Assembly: GCF_947500995.1 (NCBI RefSeq)
Contig: NZ_CANMUA010000012.1
Location: 1,300-65,299, forward strand
DNA length: 64,000 nt
Source: an uncultured Serinicoccus sp.
GTDB lineage: Bacteria; Actinomycetota; Actinomycetes; Actinomycetales; Dermatophilaceae
Direction of reading: 5' to 3'
Part shown: one piece after another, positions 37,801-45,429 of the stretch
Numbering within the stretch: the first letter of the stretch is position 1
Layout: each line of letters begins with the position of its first letter
The notes under the pieces: generated by a model
What the model was told of the DNA's origin: nothing
The model's database searches: none
The model's input: only the letters and a program-made list of their open reading frames with translations
Program-made: the position numbers and the translations under genes

Positions 37801-39126
37801 CACGCGGCCCGCGAACGGCACCCGCATCAGCTCGCGGCTCGTGCCGGAGAAGACCTCGGCCGCGGGGTCGTCGGCGGTCCACTCGGTGACCACGCTGTGG
37901 TAGCCGGTGCCCCCGAAGGCGGGGAAGTCCGGCTCGTCCTCGGTGAGCGCGCTGCCCGCCTCGGTGTGCACGGTGTAGAAGATGCCGTTCTCGGCATACT
38001 CCGGGTGGTGCTCGACGAAACCGAAGCCGGTGCCGAGCCCCGCGTGGTTGTGGAAGTTGTCCACGAACTGGTCGCGGACGTTGAGGTAGGGGGTGTAGTT
38101 CCCCGTCTCCTTGTCCACCATGTAGAGCATCTCGTTCATGTCCGGGATCGCCAGCCGGCCGGAGCCGTCCGGCACCTCGTCCAGGTGGGTGATGCGGTTG
38201 TGCCGGATGAGCCGCTGGTCGCTGGCCGCCGGGGTGGTCGAGGACTCCGGGAGCTGGACGAGCTCCTCCACCTCGATGCCGAGGACGGAGGGCTCGGGGT
38301 CGGGCAGCGGGTTCAGCAGCGGCTGCTCGGGGACCTCCCCGGCCTCGCAGTCGGCGGGGTTGCCGCTCGGGATGGCGAGGTTCTCCCCCGCGGTGTCGAT
38401 GCCCACGTCGTCGAGGTAGAGGTCACCCGGGCTGCGCGAGCCGTTGATCCAGAAGAAGCGGTCCAGGGCCCCGGAGACCGGTGCGCGGAAGTCGAACTGC
38501 TCCTCGGCGCCGTCGGGCAGGCGGGTCTGCTCCTCGTAGGGGCCGCCCTGGCTGTAGACGGCGACCTCGTCGGCGTCGTTGTCGGCGACGATCCACACGC
38601 ACTGCCAGGAGTCCTTGCCCCAGATGCCGACGGACTCGAACGCCCCTCCGTCGCGGGCGCGCAGGATGTCGTCGTTCTGGTTGTTCACGTAGGCCCGGCT
38701 GTCGGTGTAGGTGCCGGGCACGTCGACGTCGGTGATCCCGAAGGAGGTGTCGACCGTCTCCGTGCGCAGGAACCGGAAGAACAGCGTGCCGGTGTCACCC
38801 TCCTCGATGGGCGGGATCTCCCGGTAGGTCTTCTCGCCGGGTCCGTTGAGCCGGCCGACGAAGTTGTTCTGGTTGAGCGGGTCCTGCACCACCGAGGCGG
38901 CCGCCGAACCCACCCAGCCGTCCTGGCCGTCGAGCGGGCCGGGGGTGTAGGTCTCGAAGTCGAGCAGGGCGGTGAAGTCCGCCGCCTGCTGGTCCGTCCC
39001 GCCGGCCTCCTGCGTGGCCGGCTGGACCGCCAGGGCGGCAGGTGCGAGGCCGGTGACACCGACCGTCGTCGCGAGCGTGAGGGCTGTCCATCTCCGGGAC
39101 CGGAGTGGTCGGAGCCGTGACGTCAT
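34867..39126 (-). CDS. 1419-aa secreted multidomain protein: jelly-roll domain, PQQ-dependent sugar dehydrogenase-like beta-propeller, LamG-like domain, DUF1080-like domain, Ig-like repeats
   Basis: The signal peptide is RRWTALTLATTVGVTGLAPAALA. SGDH-propeller motifs are present: HPEYAENGIFYTVH, MLYILSGDGGNG, HGKIFRIDP, ADNPF, EIYAVGLRDPHRISWD and GDNFGWSDREG. The LamG-like part shows WVHLAATFD....MALYMNGEPL. The C-terminal jelly-roll ends in GRVGFGSFDNVGRIRGVTVTG. A GAGGAGAG RBS precedes ATG 39126. Confidence 0.9.
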   Translation of the reverse strand: MTSRLRPLRSRRWTALTLATTVGVTGLAPAALAVQPATQEAGGTDQQAADFTALLDFETYTPGPLDGQDGWVGSAAASVVQDPLNQNNFVGRLNGPGEKTYREIPPIEEGDTGTLFFRFLRTETVDTSFGITDVDVPGTYTDSRAYVNNQNDDILRARDGGAFESVGIWGKDSWQCVWIVADNDADEVAVYSQGGPYEEQTRLPDGAEEQFDFRAPVSGALDRFFWINGSRSPGDLYLDDVGIDTAGENLAIPSGNPADCEAGEVPEQPLLNPLPDPEPSVLGIEVEELVQLPESSTTPAASDQRLIRHNRITHLDEVPDGSGRLAIPDMNEMLYMVDKETGNYTPYLNVRDQFVDNFHNHAGLGTGFGFVEHHPEYAENGIFYTVHTEAGSALTEDEPDFPAFGGTGYHSVVTEWTADDPAAEVFSGTSRELMRVPFAGRVHTLQQIAFNPTVSPGDPDYGMLYILSGDGGNGVGNDNPQDLATPHGKIFRIDPMGDDSSNGQYGIPADNPFVDTEGALGEIYAVGLRDPHRISWDPEGENTMYLGHIGEWQVESVYAVEPGDNFGWSDREGPFVAQNRQIFPLPEDDAEQFDFTYPVAAYDHNRDPGQTGDAGVALNGGFVYRGEIEELQGKYLFTDLVRGWVLSTEADEMNRNDGDLEDLADIEQLKVFADGEETTFAELVGDSRVDLRFGSDADGELYLVSKADGKVWEVTGAREDVLSSPYVLEGIAADVVARYDFAHPVAGDATKEADQGPSGTDIDLVNGGVEMRVADAAYPGAGEALQTQQLSPDQASDDDWKAGIYDADGVQSLSRFAGAEQTSVMGWFKPTGELPAPNSNTSDPDDRYNAIGLAGVLSGDSDGHGVRALLEVIDVGGEQKLVALGRRVDGASSWTYAADLPWDEILEQGEWVHLAATFDFVEGEMALYMNGEPLEGDYTASNRWGSGATSDTNPAGIKIGGSFPQDTQERNPCDCRMDDLMFLDTVPSAEQMAAQYALFEVPEEQPVFDPGCTPGDTVVTDVMDASNWAPRTPEKWEFPGDAVVLAEAGTNPDDGIRRPFEYAVLTEGPELGSVVMDAQVRLDEPVSVNNRDVILVFGYRSDTEYYYAHLSQDNTIYAHNGIFKVDGADRERIDDQWDGTIGAPPAVTDDAWHDVRLVHCADTGRVAVYLDGLERPLLTATDDTFDSGRVGFGSFDNVGRIRGVTVTGDSAEVPVVQPSVTITGGGGEVSTDEPVEVTGEATPGSTGWRKDVEAVYAELQNAEGRKVVGREVPVTDGTFATSFDVSGFAPGDYTIKVSVRSKGHGNVSDTAALTLVAPAAPTDEVDLRISTNAQCSNRTAVVAVHVVNEDGHRVDIRATTAFGDKKWTNVKDGKAVYHVFRSGEGSIEAGTVTVAGYAFYDGVGHYERYEVDHEAVSCS

Positions 39127-39142
39127 TGTCTCTCCTCAAGGT

Positions 39143-39158
39143 GCGTAAACGTTTGCGT
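39143..39158. promoter_or_regulatory. LacI-type operator-like palindrome upstream of the 1419-aa protein gene
   Basis: The bottom strand reads ACGCAAACGTTTACGC, which is 14 of 16 identical to the 32585-32600 site. It is centred about 24 nt upstream of ATG 39126. Confidence 0.45.
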
Positions 39159-39251
39159 TGCCGTGCCCTGACAGGTATAGGTCACCGCGACGGGGCCGTA
39201 CAAGGGTTTGCGTGAATTTACGTCCGGAGGCCCGTCAGGCCCTCGCGCCGG

Positions 39252-40427
39252 TCACCTCGCGGCGATCGTGCCTCGCCCGCCGCCGGTCAGGAGCAGGACG
39301 CCGAGGAGTGCACCGGCCCCGAGCACCGCGAACGCGCCGCGCAGTCCCAGGCCCTGGGCCAGCAGACCGAGGACCACCGGGCCGGCGCCCAGCCCGAGGT
39401 CCACGAGCACCCCGAAGGTCGCTCCCACCGCCCCGGGCCGGTCGGCCGGCATCCGCTCGGTCAGCATCCGGAAGAAGGCCGGGGTCAGCAGGACGGCACC
39501 GAGCGCGAGCACCACGGTCCCGACGCCGAAGGCCGGGGCACCTCGGGCCGCACCCAGGAGCAGGAGGCCGGCACCGGTGAGGCCGAGCGCGGCCGCGGAC
39601 AGGCGCGTGGCGGCCCACCGGTCGGTGAGCCTGGCGAGCAGCAGACGGCCGACGACGACCACACCGCCGTAGACGGCCAAGGGCCACGCGGCACCGTCGA
39701 GACCCACGTCGCGAGCGCGCAGCGCCGCGAAGGCGAGGAAACCGGCCGAGCCGGCCACGCCCCCTGCGAACGCCAACCCCGGCAGACGCACGGAGCGTGG
39801 GAACAGGGCCGTCGAGCCCGCCGGAGCCGCGTCTGCCGGTCGGCTGGGCAGGGCACTGCCGATGACGGCGGCGAGCAGGCCGATCCCGGCGACGCCGAGC
39901 CACGCGGCCCGGTACCCGCCCAGCCCCAGCAGCCCCTCACCGATGGCCGGCCCCACCGCCACGCCCACGAACAGCGAGAGCGAGCTGTAGCTCAGCGCCT
40001 CCCCCCGGCGCGTCGAGGGCGTGATGTCGAGCAGTGCCGCCATGCCGGCGACGAAGACCACCGCCTCGGCCACCCCGGTGAGCACCCGCAGCGCCAGCAG
40101 GCCGGCCAGGGAGCCGACCAGCGTGTGGGCCAGCAGCACCGCGGCCAGGAGCAGGGCCCCCGCGACGAAGGGTCGACGGGGGCCCCAGCGGTCGACCACG
40201 CGTCCTGCCGCCGGCCGGAGCACGAGGGCGGTGATGCTGAAGGCCGCGACGGTGAGGCCCACGGCGAGAGGCCCCGCGTCCAGCCGGTCGGCGGCGTAGA
40301 GCGGGACGAGGGGGATGAGCGCCCCGATGCCGATGAAGTAGGCGAGCTCGGCGAGGACGAGTGCGACGAAGGCCCCCGTCAGGAGACGACCACCTGACGG
40401 CGCACCCTCTGGCGGCGCCGCAGCCAT
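39252..40427 (-). CDS. MFS transporter
   Basis: The 391-aa ORF has about 12 hydrophobic segments and an MFS-like loop (GRVVDRWGPRRP). Confidence 0.8.
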   Translation of the reverse strand: MAAAPPEGAPSGGRLLTGAFVALVLAELAYFIGIGALIPLVPLYAADRLDAGPLAVGLTVAAFSITALVLRPAAGRVVDRWGPRRPFVAGALLLAAVLLAHTLVGSLAGLLALRVLTGVAEAVVFVAGMAALLDITPSTRRGEALSYSSLSLFVGVAVGPAIGEGLLGLGGYRAAWLGVAGIGLLAAVIGSALPSRPADAAPAGSTALFPRSVRLPGLAFAGGVAGSAGFLAFAALRARDVGLDGAAWPLAVYGGVVVVGRLLLARLTDRWAATRLSAAALGLTGAGLLLLGAARGAPAFGVGTVVLALGAVLLTPAFFRMLTERMPADRPGAVGATFGVLVDLGLGAGPVVLGLLAQGLGLRGAFAVLGAGALLGVLLLTGGGRGTIAAR

Positions 40428-40530
40428 CCGCAGAATCTAGCAGCGGCACGGCGGGGTGCGAGGGCGCGCAGAGTGGTCGGCTCTGCCGGCGGCGGGGCGC
40501 CGCTGCGGCCTGGGTAGGGTCGCTCGGGTG

Positions 40531-41220
40531 ATGACCGCACGCCGCCTCGTGGAGGACGCCCGGACGCTGCTCGTCGACTTCGACGGCCCGCTCGCCCGCC
40601 TGTTCCCCGGTGCGTCGTGGGCCGAGCTGGGCGAGCGGGTGCGGGCGGAGGCGCACCGGCTCGGTGGAGCGGAGCTGGCTCAGCGGCTGGAGGGCGAGGC
40701 CGACCACGTGCAGTGCCTGCGCCTGGTCGACGAGCAGTCCCCCCGGCTGCTCGCCCCCCTGGAGGAGCTGGTCACCGAGCTCGAGCTCGACGCCGCCTCC
40801 CGGGTGTCCCCCCGACCCGGGGCGCTGGCCCTCATCGACCGGACCCTCGAGCGCGGCGCCTCCTTCGCCATCGTCACCAACAACACCCCCGAGGTGGTGT
40901 CGCGTGTGCTGGACCGTGCCCGACCGGGCACGAGCGGCCGGCTGCACGTGGTCGGACGCTCCGCCGGCCACGTCCGCGACCTCAAGCCGGAGCCGGACCT
41001 GCTGCTGCGGGCGATGCGCCTCCTCGGCGCCCGCCCCGAGGAGTCGGTCTTCCTCGGGGACTCGGTGACCGACGTGCAGGCCGGGCAGGCGTCCGGCGTG
41101 CCCGTGGTCGGCGTGGCCGAGGAGGAGAGCCGTCGTCAGGAGCTCCTGGCCGCGGGCGCGGTGGGAGCCGTGGCCGGGGTGGACGCCCTGCTCCCCGCGC
41201 GGCAGCCGCGCCGACCCTAG
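40531..41220 (+). CDS. HAD-superfamily hydrolase, 229 aa
   Basis: Motif I is LLVDFDGPL, followed by FAIVTNN and motif IV FLGDSVTDVQAG. The start is ATG 40531 or GTG 40528. Confidence 0.75.
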   Translation: MTARRLVEDARTLLVDFDGPLARLFPGASWAELGERVRAEAHRLGGAELAQRLEGEADHVQCLRLVDEQSPRLLAPLEELVTELELDAASRVSPRPGALALIDRTLERGASFAIVTNNTPEVVSRVLDRARPGTSGRLHVVGRSAGHVRDLKPEPDLLLRAMRLLGARPEESVFLGDSVTDVQAGQASGVPVVGVAEEESRRQELLAAGAVGAVAGVDALLPARQPRRP

Positions 41221-41819
41221 CCCGGCGCCACCGCGACCACCACCACCAGCACGAGCGCCGCCACCGGGATGAGCGCGGTCTGCACCCTGTCGACCAGCAG
41301 CAGCGTGCGGGCGACCGCGGGCCGCAGCCGCGACAGGGCGACGTCCCTCGCGGCGGTCGTCGCCCGCAGCCAGCGCAGCCCGATGGCGACCGAGACGATG
41401 TGCGGCACGCCCGAGCTCATCCGTCGACGCGCGTGGTGCAGGTCGGCACGGGCGACGGGCAGGGCCGCCACCACGCCCAGCGCGGTGGAGGCCACCCGCA
41501 GACCGAGGGCCAGGACCACCCCCACGAACGGGCTCAGCAGGGCGGCGACGATCTCCGGCACCGTGGCGAGGTGCAGCTGGGAGACGTCCTGGGTCGTGCC
41601 GGTCCACACCACCCACGCCACGCCCAGGATGAGGCAGGGGATCCAGAGCCGACGGACCATGCGCACCACGAGCAGCGCCCACGCGTCCGAGACACCGCCC
41701 ACGGCCCGGCCCGCGAGGGACTCGACCTCGTCCGTGACGGCCGTCGGCGCCGGCTCTCGCCGGCTCCGGCCCTCGGGGTTCCGACGGACCCAGCCAGTCA
41801 CCTGTCTCACCTCCGTCAC
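41217..41819 (-). CDS. hypothetical membrane protein (200 aa)
   Basis: Third-position GC is very high. At least four hydrophobic segments are present (e.g. LWIPCLILGVAWVVW, IVAALLSPFVGVVLALGL, LIPVAALVLVVVVAV). It starts with GTG, and its stop overlaps the HAD stop (CTAG). Confidence 0.5.
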   Translation of the reverse strand: MTEVRQVTGWVRRNPEGRSRREPAPTAVTDEVESLAGRAVGGVSDAWALLVVRMVRRLWIPCLILGVAWVVWTGTTQDVSQLHLATVPEIVAALLSPFVGVVLALGLRVASTALGVVAALPVARADLHHARRRMSSGVPHIVSVAIGLRWLRATTAARDVALSRLRPAVARTLLLVDRVQTALIPVAALVLVVVVAVAPG

Positions 41820-41876
41820 CTGTCGTCAACACCCTGCTCCCCCCTCCGCAGGAGAAGATCGCCGGTCACGACCATA

Positions 41877-43292
41877 ATGTGGAGGATGGGTGAGCAGGCG
41901 AGGACCGCACCGCGGCGGGTCGAACGGGTGGCCGACACCCGGCTCCCGACCGACCACGCGACCTTCCGGATGACGGCATACCGCGACGACACGGGGATGG
42001 ACCACGTCGTCCTCAGCCTCGGCGTGAGCGACGACGACGGCCCCGACCTCCCGCCGCCCCTCGTGCGGGTGCACTCCGAGTGCCTCACCGGGGACGCCCT
42101 CGGGTCCCGCCGCTGCGACTGCGGCGAGCAGCTCCAGCAGGCGCTGCACCTCCTCGCCCGAACCGGCCGGGGCGCCGTCGTCTACGCCCGCGGGCACGAG
42201 GGCCGGGCGATCGGCCTCGGCGAGAAGCTGCGGGCCTACGCCCTCCAGGACCGGGGGGTCGACACCGTCGACGCCAACCTCGCCCTCGGGCACCCCGCGG
42301 ACGCCCGCACCTACGACCACTGCGCCGCGATGCTGCTCGACCTCGGGATGCGACGCGTCCGGCTGCTGTCGTCCAACCCGGCCAAGGAGCTGGCGCTCAG
42401 CGCTCTCGGGATCGAGGTCGTGGAGCGGGTGCCGCTCGTCGTCCCGGACCGCGAGGAGAACGCCTTCTACCTGGCCACCAAGCGGACGCGGATGGGGCAC
42501 GACGAGGCGGACCAGGACGAGTGGGAGCAGGACGAGTGGGAGCAGCTGCTCGCCGGGCGGATCCCGGCGTCCGGTGAGCTCGGACACCGCTACGGCGACC
42601 TCAACCGGGCCGACGGCCCCCTCGTCCTGGCCCAGCTCGGCCAGAGCCTCGACGGCTTCATCGCCAGCCGCACCGGCGACGCCGCGTTCGTCACCGGCGA
42701 GCAGGACCGGGAGCACCTCCACCGGCTGCGCGCCCTCGTGGACGCGGTCGTCGTGGGCGCGGCCACCGTGGCCTGCGACGACCCCCGCCTCACGGTCCGA
42801 GCGGTGCGCGGGTCGAACCCCGTCCGCGTCGTGCTGGACCCGCGCGGCGTGACCCCGGCCGACGCCTCGGTGCTCACCGACGGCGCGGCGCCGACGCTGT
42901 GGGTCCTCGGGGGCGACACCCCCCTCGGCCCGGTGGGTGAGCACGTCGAGGTGCTCCGCTGGCCCGACGACGGGCCGATGGAGCCCCGAGCCGTGCTCGA
43001 CCTGCTCGCCTCGCGCGGTCTCCACCGGGTGCTCGTCGAGGGTGGTGGGCGGCTGGTGTCGGCCTTCGTCCGGGCCGGAACCGTGGACCGGCTCTACCTC
43101 ACCACCGCACCCGTGCTCATCGGGGACGGCGTACCGGGGCTGCGCGTCGCCGGCGAGGACCTGCTCTCGGACGCCCTGCGCCCGCCCGCGCGCCGCTACC
43201 AGCTCGGCGACGACATGGTCACCGAGCTGGAGCTGCGGCGCCGGGGCGCCGTGCCCTCGGCGCTGGCCGCCGACGTCCCGGACGCCAGCTGA
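41877..43292 (+). CDS. fusion protein: GTP cyclohydrolase II (RibA-like) + RibD C-terminal-type pyrimidine reductase domain, 471 aa
   Basis: The N-terminal half is colinear with E. coli RibA: VHSECLTGDALGSRRCDCGEQL (Zn cysteines), GAVVYARGHEGRAIGL and LRAYALQDRGVDTVDAN. An acidic linker (DEADQDEWEQDEWEQ) follows. The C-terminal half shows the RibD_C pattern: LAQLGQSLDGFIA, DAVVVGAATVACDDPRLTVR and VLVEGGGRL. Confidence 0.85.
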   Translation: MWRMGEQARTAPRRVERVADTRLPTDHATFRMTAYRDDTGMDHVVLSLGVSDDDGPDLPPPLVRVHSECLTGDALGSRRCDCGEQLQQALHLLARTGRGAVVYARGHEGRAIGLGEKLRAYALQDRGVDTVDANLALGHPADARTYDHCAAMLLDLGMRRVRLLSSNPAKELALSALGIEVVERVPLVVPDREENAFYLATKRTRMGHDEADQDEWEQDEWEQLLAGRIPASGELGHRYGDLNRADGPLVLAQLGQSLDGFIASRTGDAAFVTGEQDREHLHRLRALVDAVVVGAATVACDDPRLTVRAVRGSNPVRVVLDPRGVTPADASVLTDGAAPTLWVLGGDTPLGPVGEHVEVLRWPDDGPMEPRAVLDLLASRGLHRVLVEGGGRLVSAFVRAGTVDRLYLTTAPVLIGDGVPGLRVAGEDLLSDALRPPARRYQLGDDMVTELELRRRGAVPSALAADVPDAS

Positions 43293-44011
43293 TGTCGGCG
43301 CAGGCGCCCGCCACGCGGCTCCGCGGCGGCGGGGTGGTCGGCTCGGCCGTCGTCCTCCTCCCCCTGGCCCTGTGCGTGGGCCTGGTCACCCGGGTGGGGC
43401 CCGGTGTCGGTGTGGGGGTGCTCGCGGTGGCCGCCGGCCTGGTGGTGCCGGTCGTGGCCACCGGGGCGCTGGTGCGGCGTCGTCCCGCGGCGGTGAGCCC
43501 GCCGGACGTGGTCACCCTCGCCCGGGTCGCGCTGACGGGTGTGGTCGGGACCGCGACCGTGCTCGTCCTCGCCGGCCAGCTGCCGGCCCGCACCTGGGCC
43601 GTCGCCCTGGTCGTCGGCGCCGCGCTGCTGCTGGACGCGGTCGACGGGTGGCTCGCCCGCGCGACCGGGACCGCGAGCGCGGCCGGGGCTCGGCTGGACA
43701 TGGAGTCCGACGCGGCCCTGCTCCTCGTGCTGTCGGTGCTGGCGGCCGTGACGCTGGGCTGGTGGGTCGTGGCGATCGGCGCCATGCGCTACCTCTTCGT
43801 GCTCGCCTCCTGGGTGCGGCCGGCCCTGCGGGGAGAGCTGACCCCGAGCCTGGCGCGACGGACCGTCGCGGCCGTCCAGGGCATCGCCCTGTGGGTCGCC
43901 CTCGTGCCGCTCGTGCCCGCCCCCTTCGCCGCAGCGGGCACCGCCGTCGCCCTGGCAGCGCTCACGGCCTCGTTCGCGCACGACGTCGTCGACCTCGAGG
44001 CGCGCGGGTGA
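43292..44011 (+). CDS. CDP-alcohol phosphatidyltransferase family protein
   Basis: The complete family motif D-x2-D-G-x2-A-R-x8-G-x3-D-x3-D is read as DAVDGWLARATGTASAAGARLDMESD. It is a polytopic membrane protein. The ATG shares one base with the upstream TGA (TGATG). Confidence 0.85.
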   Translation: MSAQAPATRLRGGGVVGSAVVLLPLALCVGLVTRVGPGVGVGVLAVAAGLVVPVVATGALVRRRPAAVSPPDVVTLARVALTGVVGTATVLVLAGQLPARTWAVALVVGAALLLDAVDGWLARATGTASAAGARLDMESDAALLLVLSVLAAVTLGWWVVAIGAMRYLFVLASWVRPALRGELTPSLARRTVAAVQGIALWVALVPLVPAPFAAAGTAVALAALTASFAHDVVDLEARG

Positions 44012-45033
44012 GCGGCGGAGCCGGGACGGCCCTGGCCTACTGGGCCACCGCGCCGGGTCGGGGCGAGCTGCGCCGGGAGCAGCTGCCGGAGCCGGGCCCG
44101 GACGAGGCCCTCGTGCGGGCGTCGTTCAGCGGCATCAGCCGCGGCACCGAGCTGCTCGTGCGCCGCGGCGGCGTGCCCGACTCGCAGGTCGACCGGATGC
44201 GGGCGCCCTTCCAGGAAGGAGGCTTCCCCTTCCCGGTGAAGTACGGCTACCTCTCCGTCGGGGTGGTCGAGCGCGGCCCGCGCGCGTGGGTCGGGGTGCG
44301 GGTGTTCTGCCTGCACCCGCACCAGGACCGGTATGTCGTGCCCGTGTCGGCCCTCACCCGGGTCCCGGACGACGTGCCCTCGTCCCGCGCGGTCCTCGCC
44401 GGCCCGACCGAGACGGCGCTCAACGCCCTCTGGGACGCCCCGCCCTGCGTGGGCGACCGCGTGGCCGTCGTGGGCGCCGGGCTCATCGGCGGAGCCCTCG
44501 CCCTGCTCCTGCGCCGCTTCCCGCTGAGCCGTCTCCAGGTGGTGGAGGCCGACGCCACCCGGCGCCGGGAGCTGGTCGACGCGGGCCTGGACGCGGTGCC
44601 GCCGGAGGAGGCGCTGGACGACTGCGACCTGGTCTTCCACGCCTCGGCCAGCGAGCCGGGCCTCGCGCTGGCGCTCGCCCTCGCCGGGGACGACGCCGAC
44701 GTGGTCGAGCTGTCGTGGTTCGGCTCCCCCGCACCGCAGGTGCCGCTCGGCGAGGACTTCCACTCCCGCCGGCTGCGGCTGGTCGCCAGCCAGGTCTCGA
44801 GGGTCGGTGACGCCCGCCGCCACCGGCGGGACCCGGCGGCCCGGCTCGCCACGGCCCTCGACCTGCTGTCCGACCCCGCGTTCGAGACCCTCCTCGCCGG
44901 GGTCAGACCCTTCCCGGCCATGCCCGCAGCGCTCGAGGAGCTGGAGCACGACGACGACCTCTCCGGGTGCGTCGTCCTGTCCTACCCCGACGCGCAGGAC
45001 CCCGAGACCGACGCCCCCGCCCGACACCCCTGA
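44008..45033 (+). CDS. medium-chain (MDR, zinc-type fold) dehydrogenase-like protein, BchC-like, 341 aa
   Basis: It shows GISRGTELLV, PVKYGYLSVGVV and the Rossmann motif VAVVGAGLIGGALA. I did not see the classic Cys/His zinc ligands. GTG 44008 overlaps the upstream TGA (GTGA). Confidence 0.7.
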   Translation: MSGGAGTALAYWATAPGRGELRREQLPEPGPDEALVRASFSGISRGTELLVRRGGVPDSQVDRMRAPFQEGGFPFPVKYGYLSVGVVERGPRAWVGVRVFCLHPHQDRYVVPVSALTRVPDDVPSSRAVLAGPTETALNALWDAPPCVGDRVAVVGAGLIGGALALLLRRFPLSRLQVVEADATRRRELVDAGLDAVPPEEALDDCDLVFHASASEPGLALALALAGDDADVVELSWFGSPAPQVPLGEDFHSRRLRLVASQVSRVGDARRHRRDPAARLATALDLLSDPAFETLLAGVRPFPAMPAALEELEHDDDLSGCVVLSYPDAQDPETDAPARHP

Positions 45034-45048
45034 CCCACGAGGAGCACG

Positions 45049-45429
45049 ATGTTCGGACTGACCGTCAGCGACCACGTCATGATCGCCCACAGCCTGCCCG
45101 ACCCGTTCTTCGGGCCGGCCCAGGGGCTGCACGGCGCCACCCTGGTCGTCGAGGCCACCTGGCGCCGACGCGAGCTGGACGAGCACGGGGTGGTGGTGGA
45201 CATCGGCGAGGCGGGCGGCCACCTCGCCGCGGTGCTCGACCCGCTGCGCTACCAGAACCTCGACGAGCACCCCGCGTTCGCCGGCCGGCTCAGCACGACC
45301 GAGGCCGTCGCGGCCCACGTCGCGCACGCGCTGGCCGACCGCGCCGACCCCGCCATCGACGGCATCGGGGTCGTCGTGCGCGAGCATCCGCAGGCCTGGG
45401 TGACGTATGACCTCGACCTCCGCTCGTGA
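45049..45429 (+). CDS. 6-pyruvoyl-tetrahydropterin synthase/QueD-like (T-fold) protein
   Basis: The 126-aa protein has the pattern VSDHVMIAHSL....GLHGATLVVEATW, as in PTPS/QueD (fsAaH.L ... lHGH.y.v.v). The HGH is replaced by HGA. Confidence 0.7.
   Translation: MFGLTVSDHVMIAHSLPDPFFGPAQGLHGATLVVEATWRRRELDEHGVVVDIGEAGGHLAAVLDPLRYQNLDEHPAFAGRLSTTEAVAAHVAHALADRADPAIDGIGVVVREHPQAWVTYDLDLRS

Noticed and set aside
34207-39120. A 1637-aa ORF on the plus strand, the longest in the window.
   Set aside because: It is exactly antisense to the 1419-aa gene, whose minus-strand frame shows a signal peptide and clear dehydrogenase and LamG motifs. The plus-strand translation is a Gly/Arg/Val/Asp/His-rich low-information sequence, typical of stop-free antisense frames in very GC-rich DNA.
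41820-41876. Possible FMN riboswitch upstream of the RibA-like gene.
   Set aside because: Only 57 bp separate it from the divergent membrane-protein gene. That is far too short for an FMN aptamer (well over 100 nt), and no conserved aptamer segments are visible.
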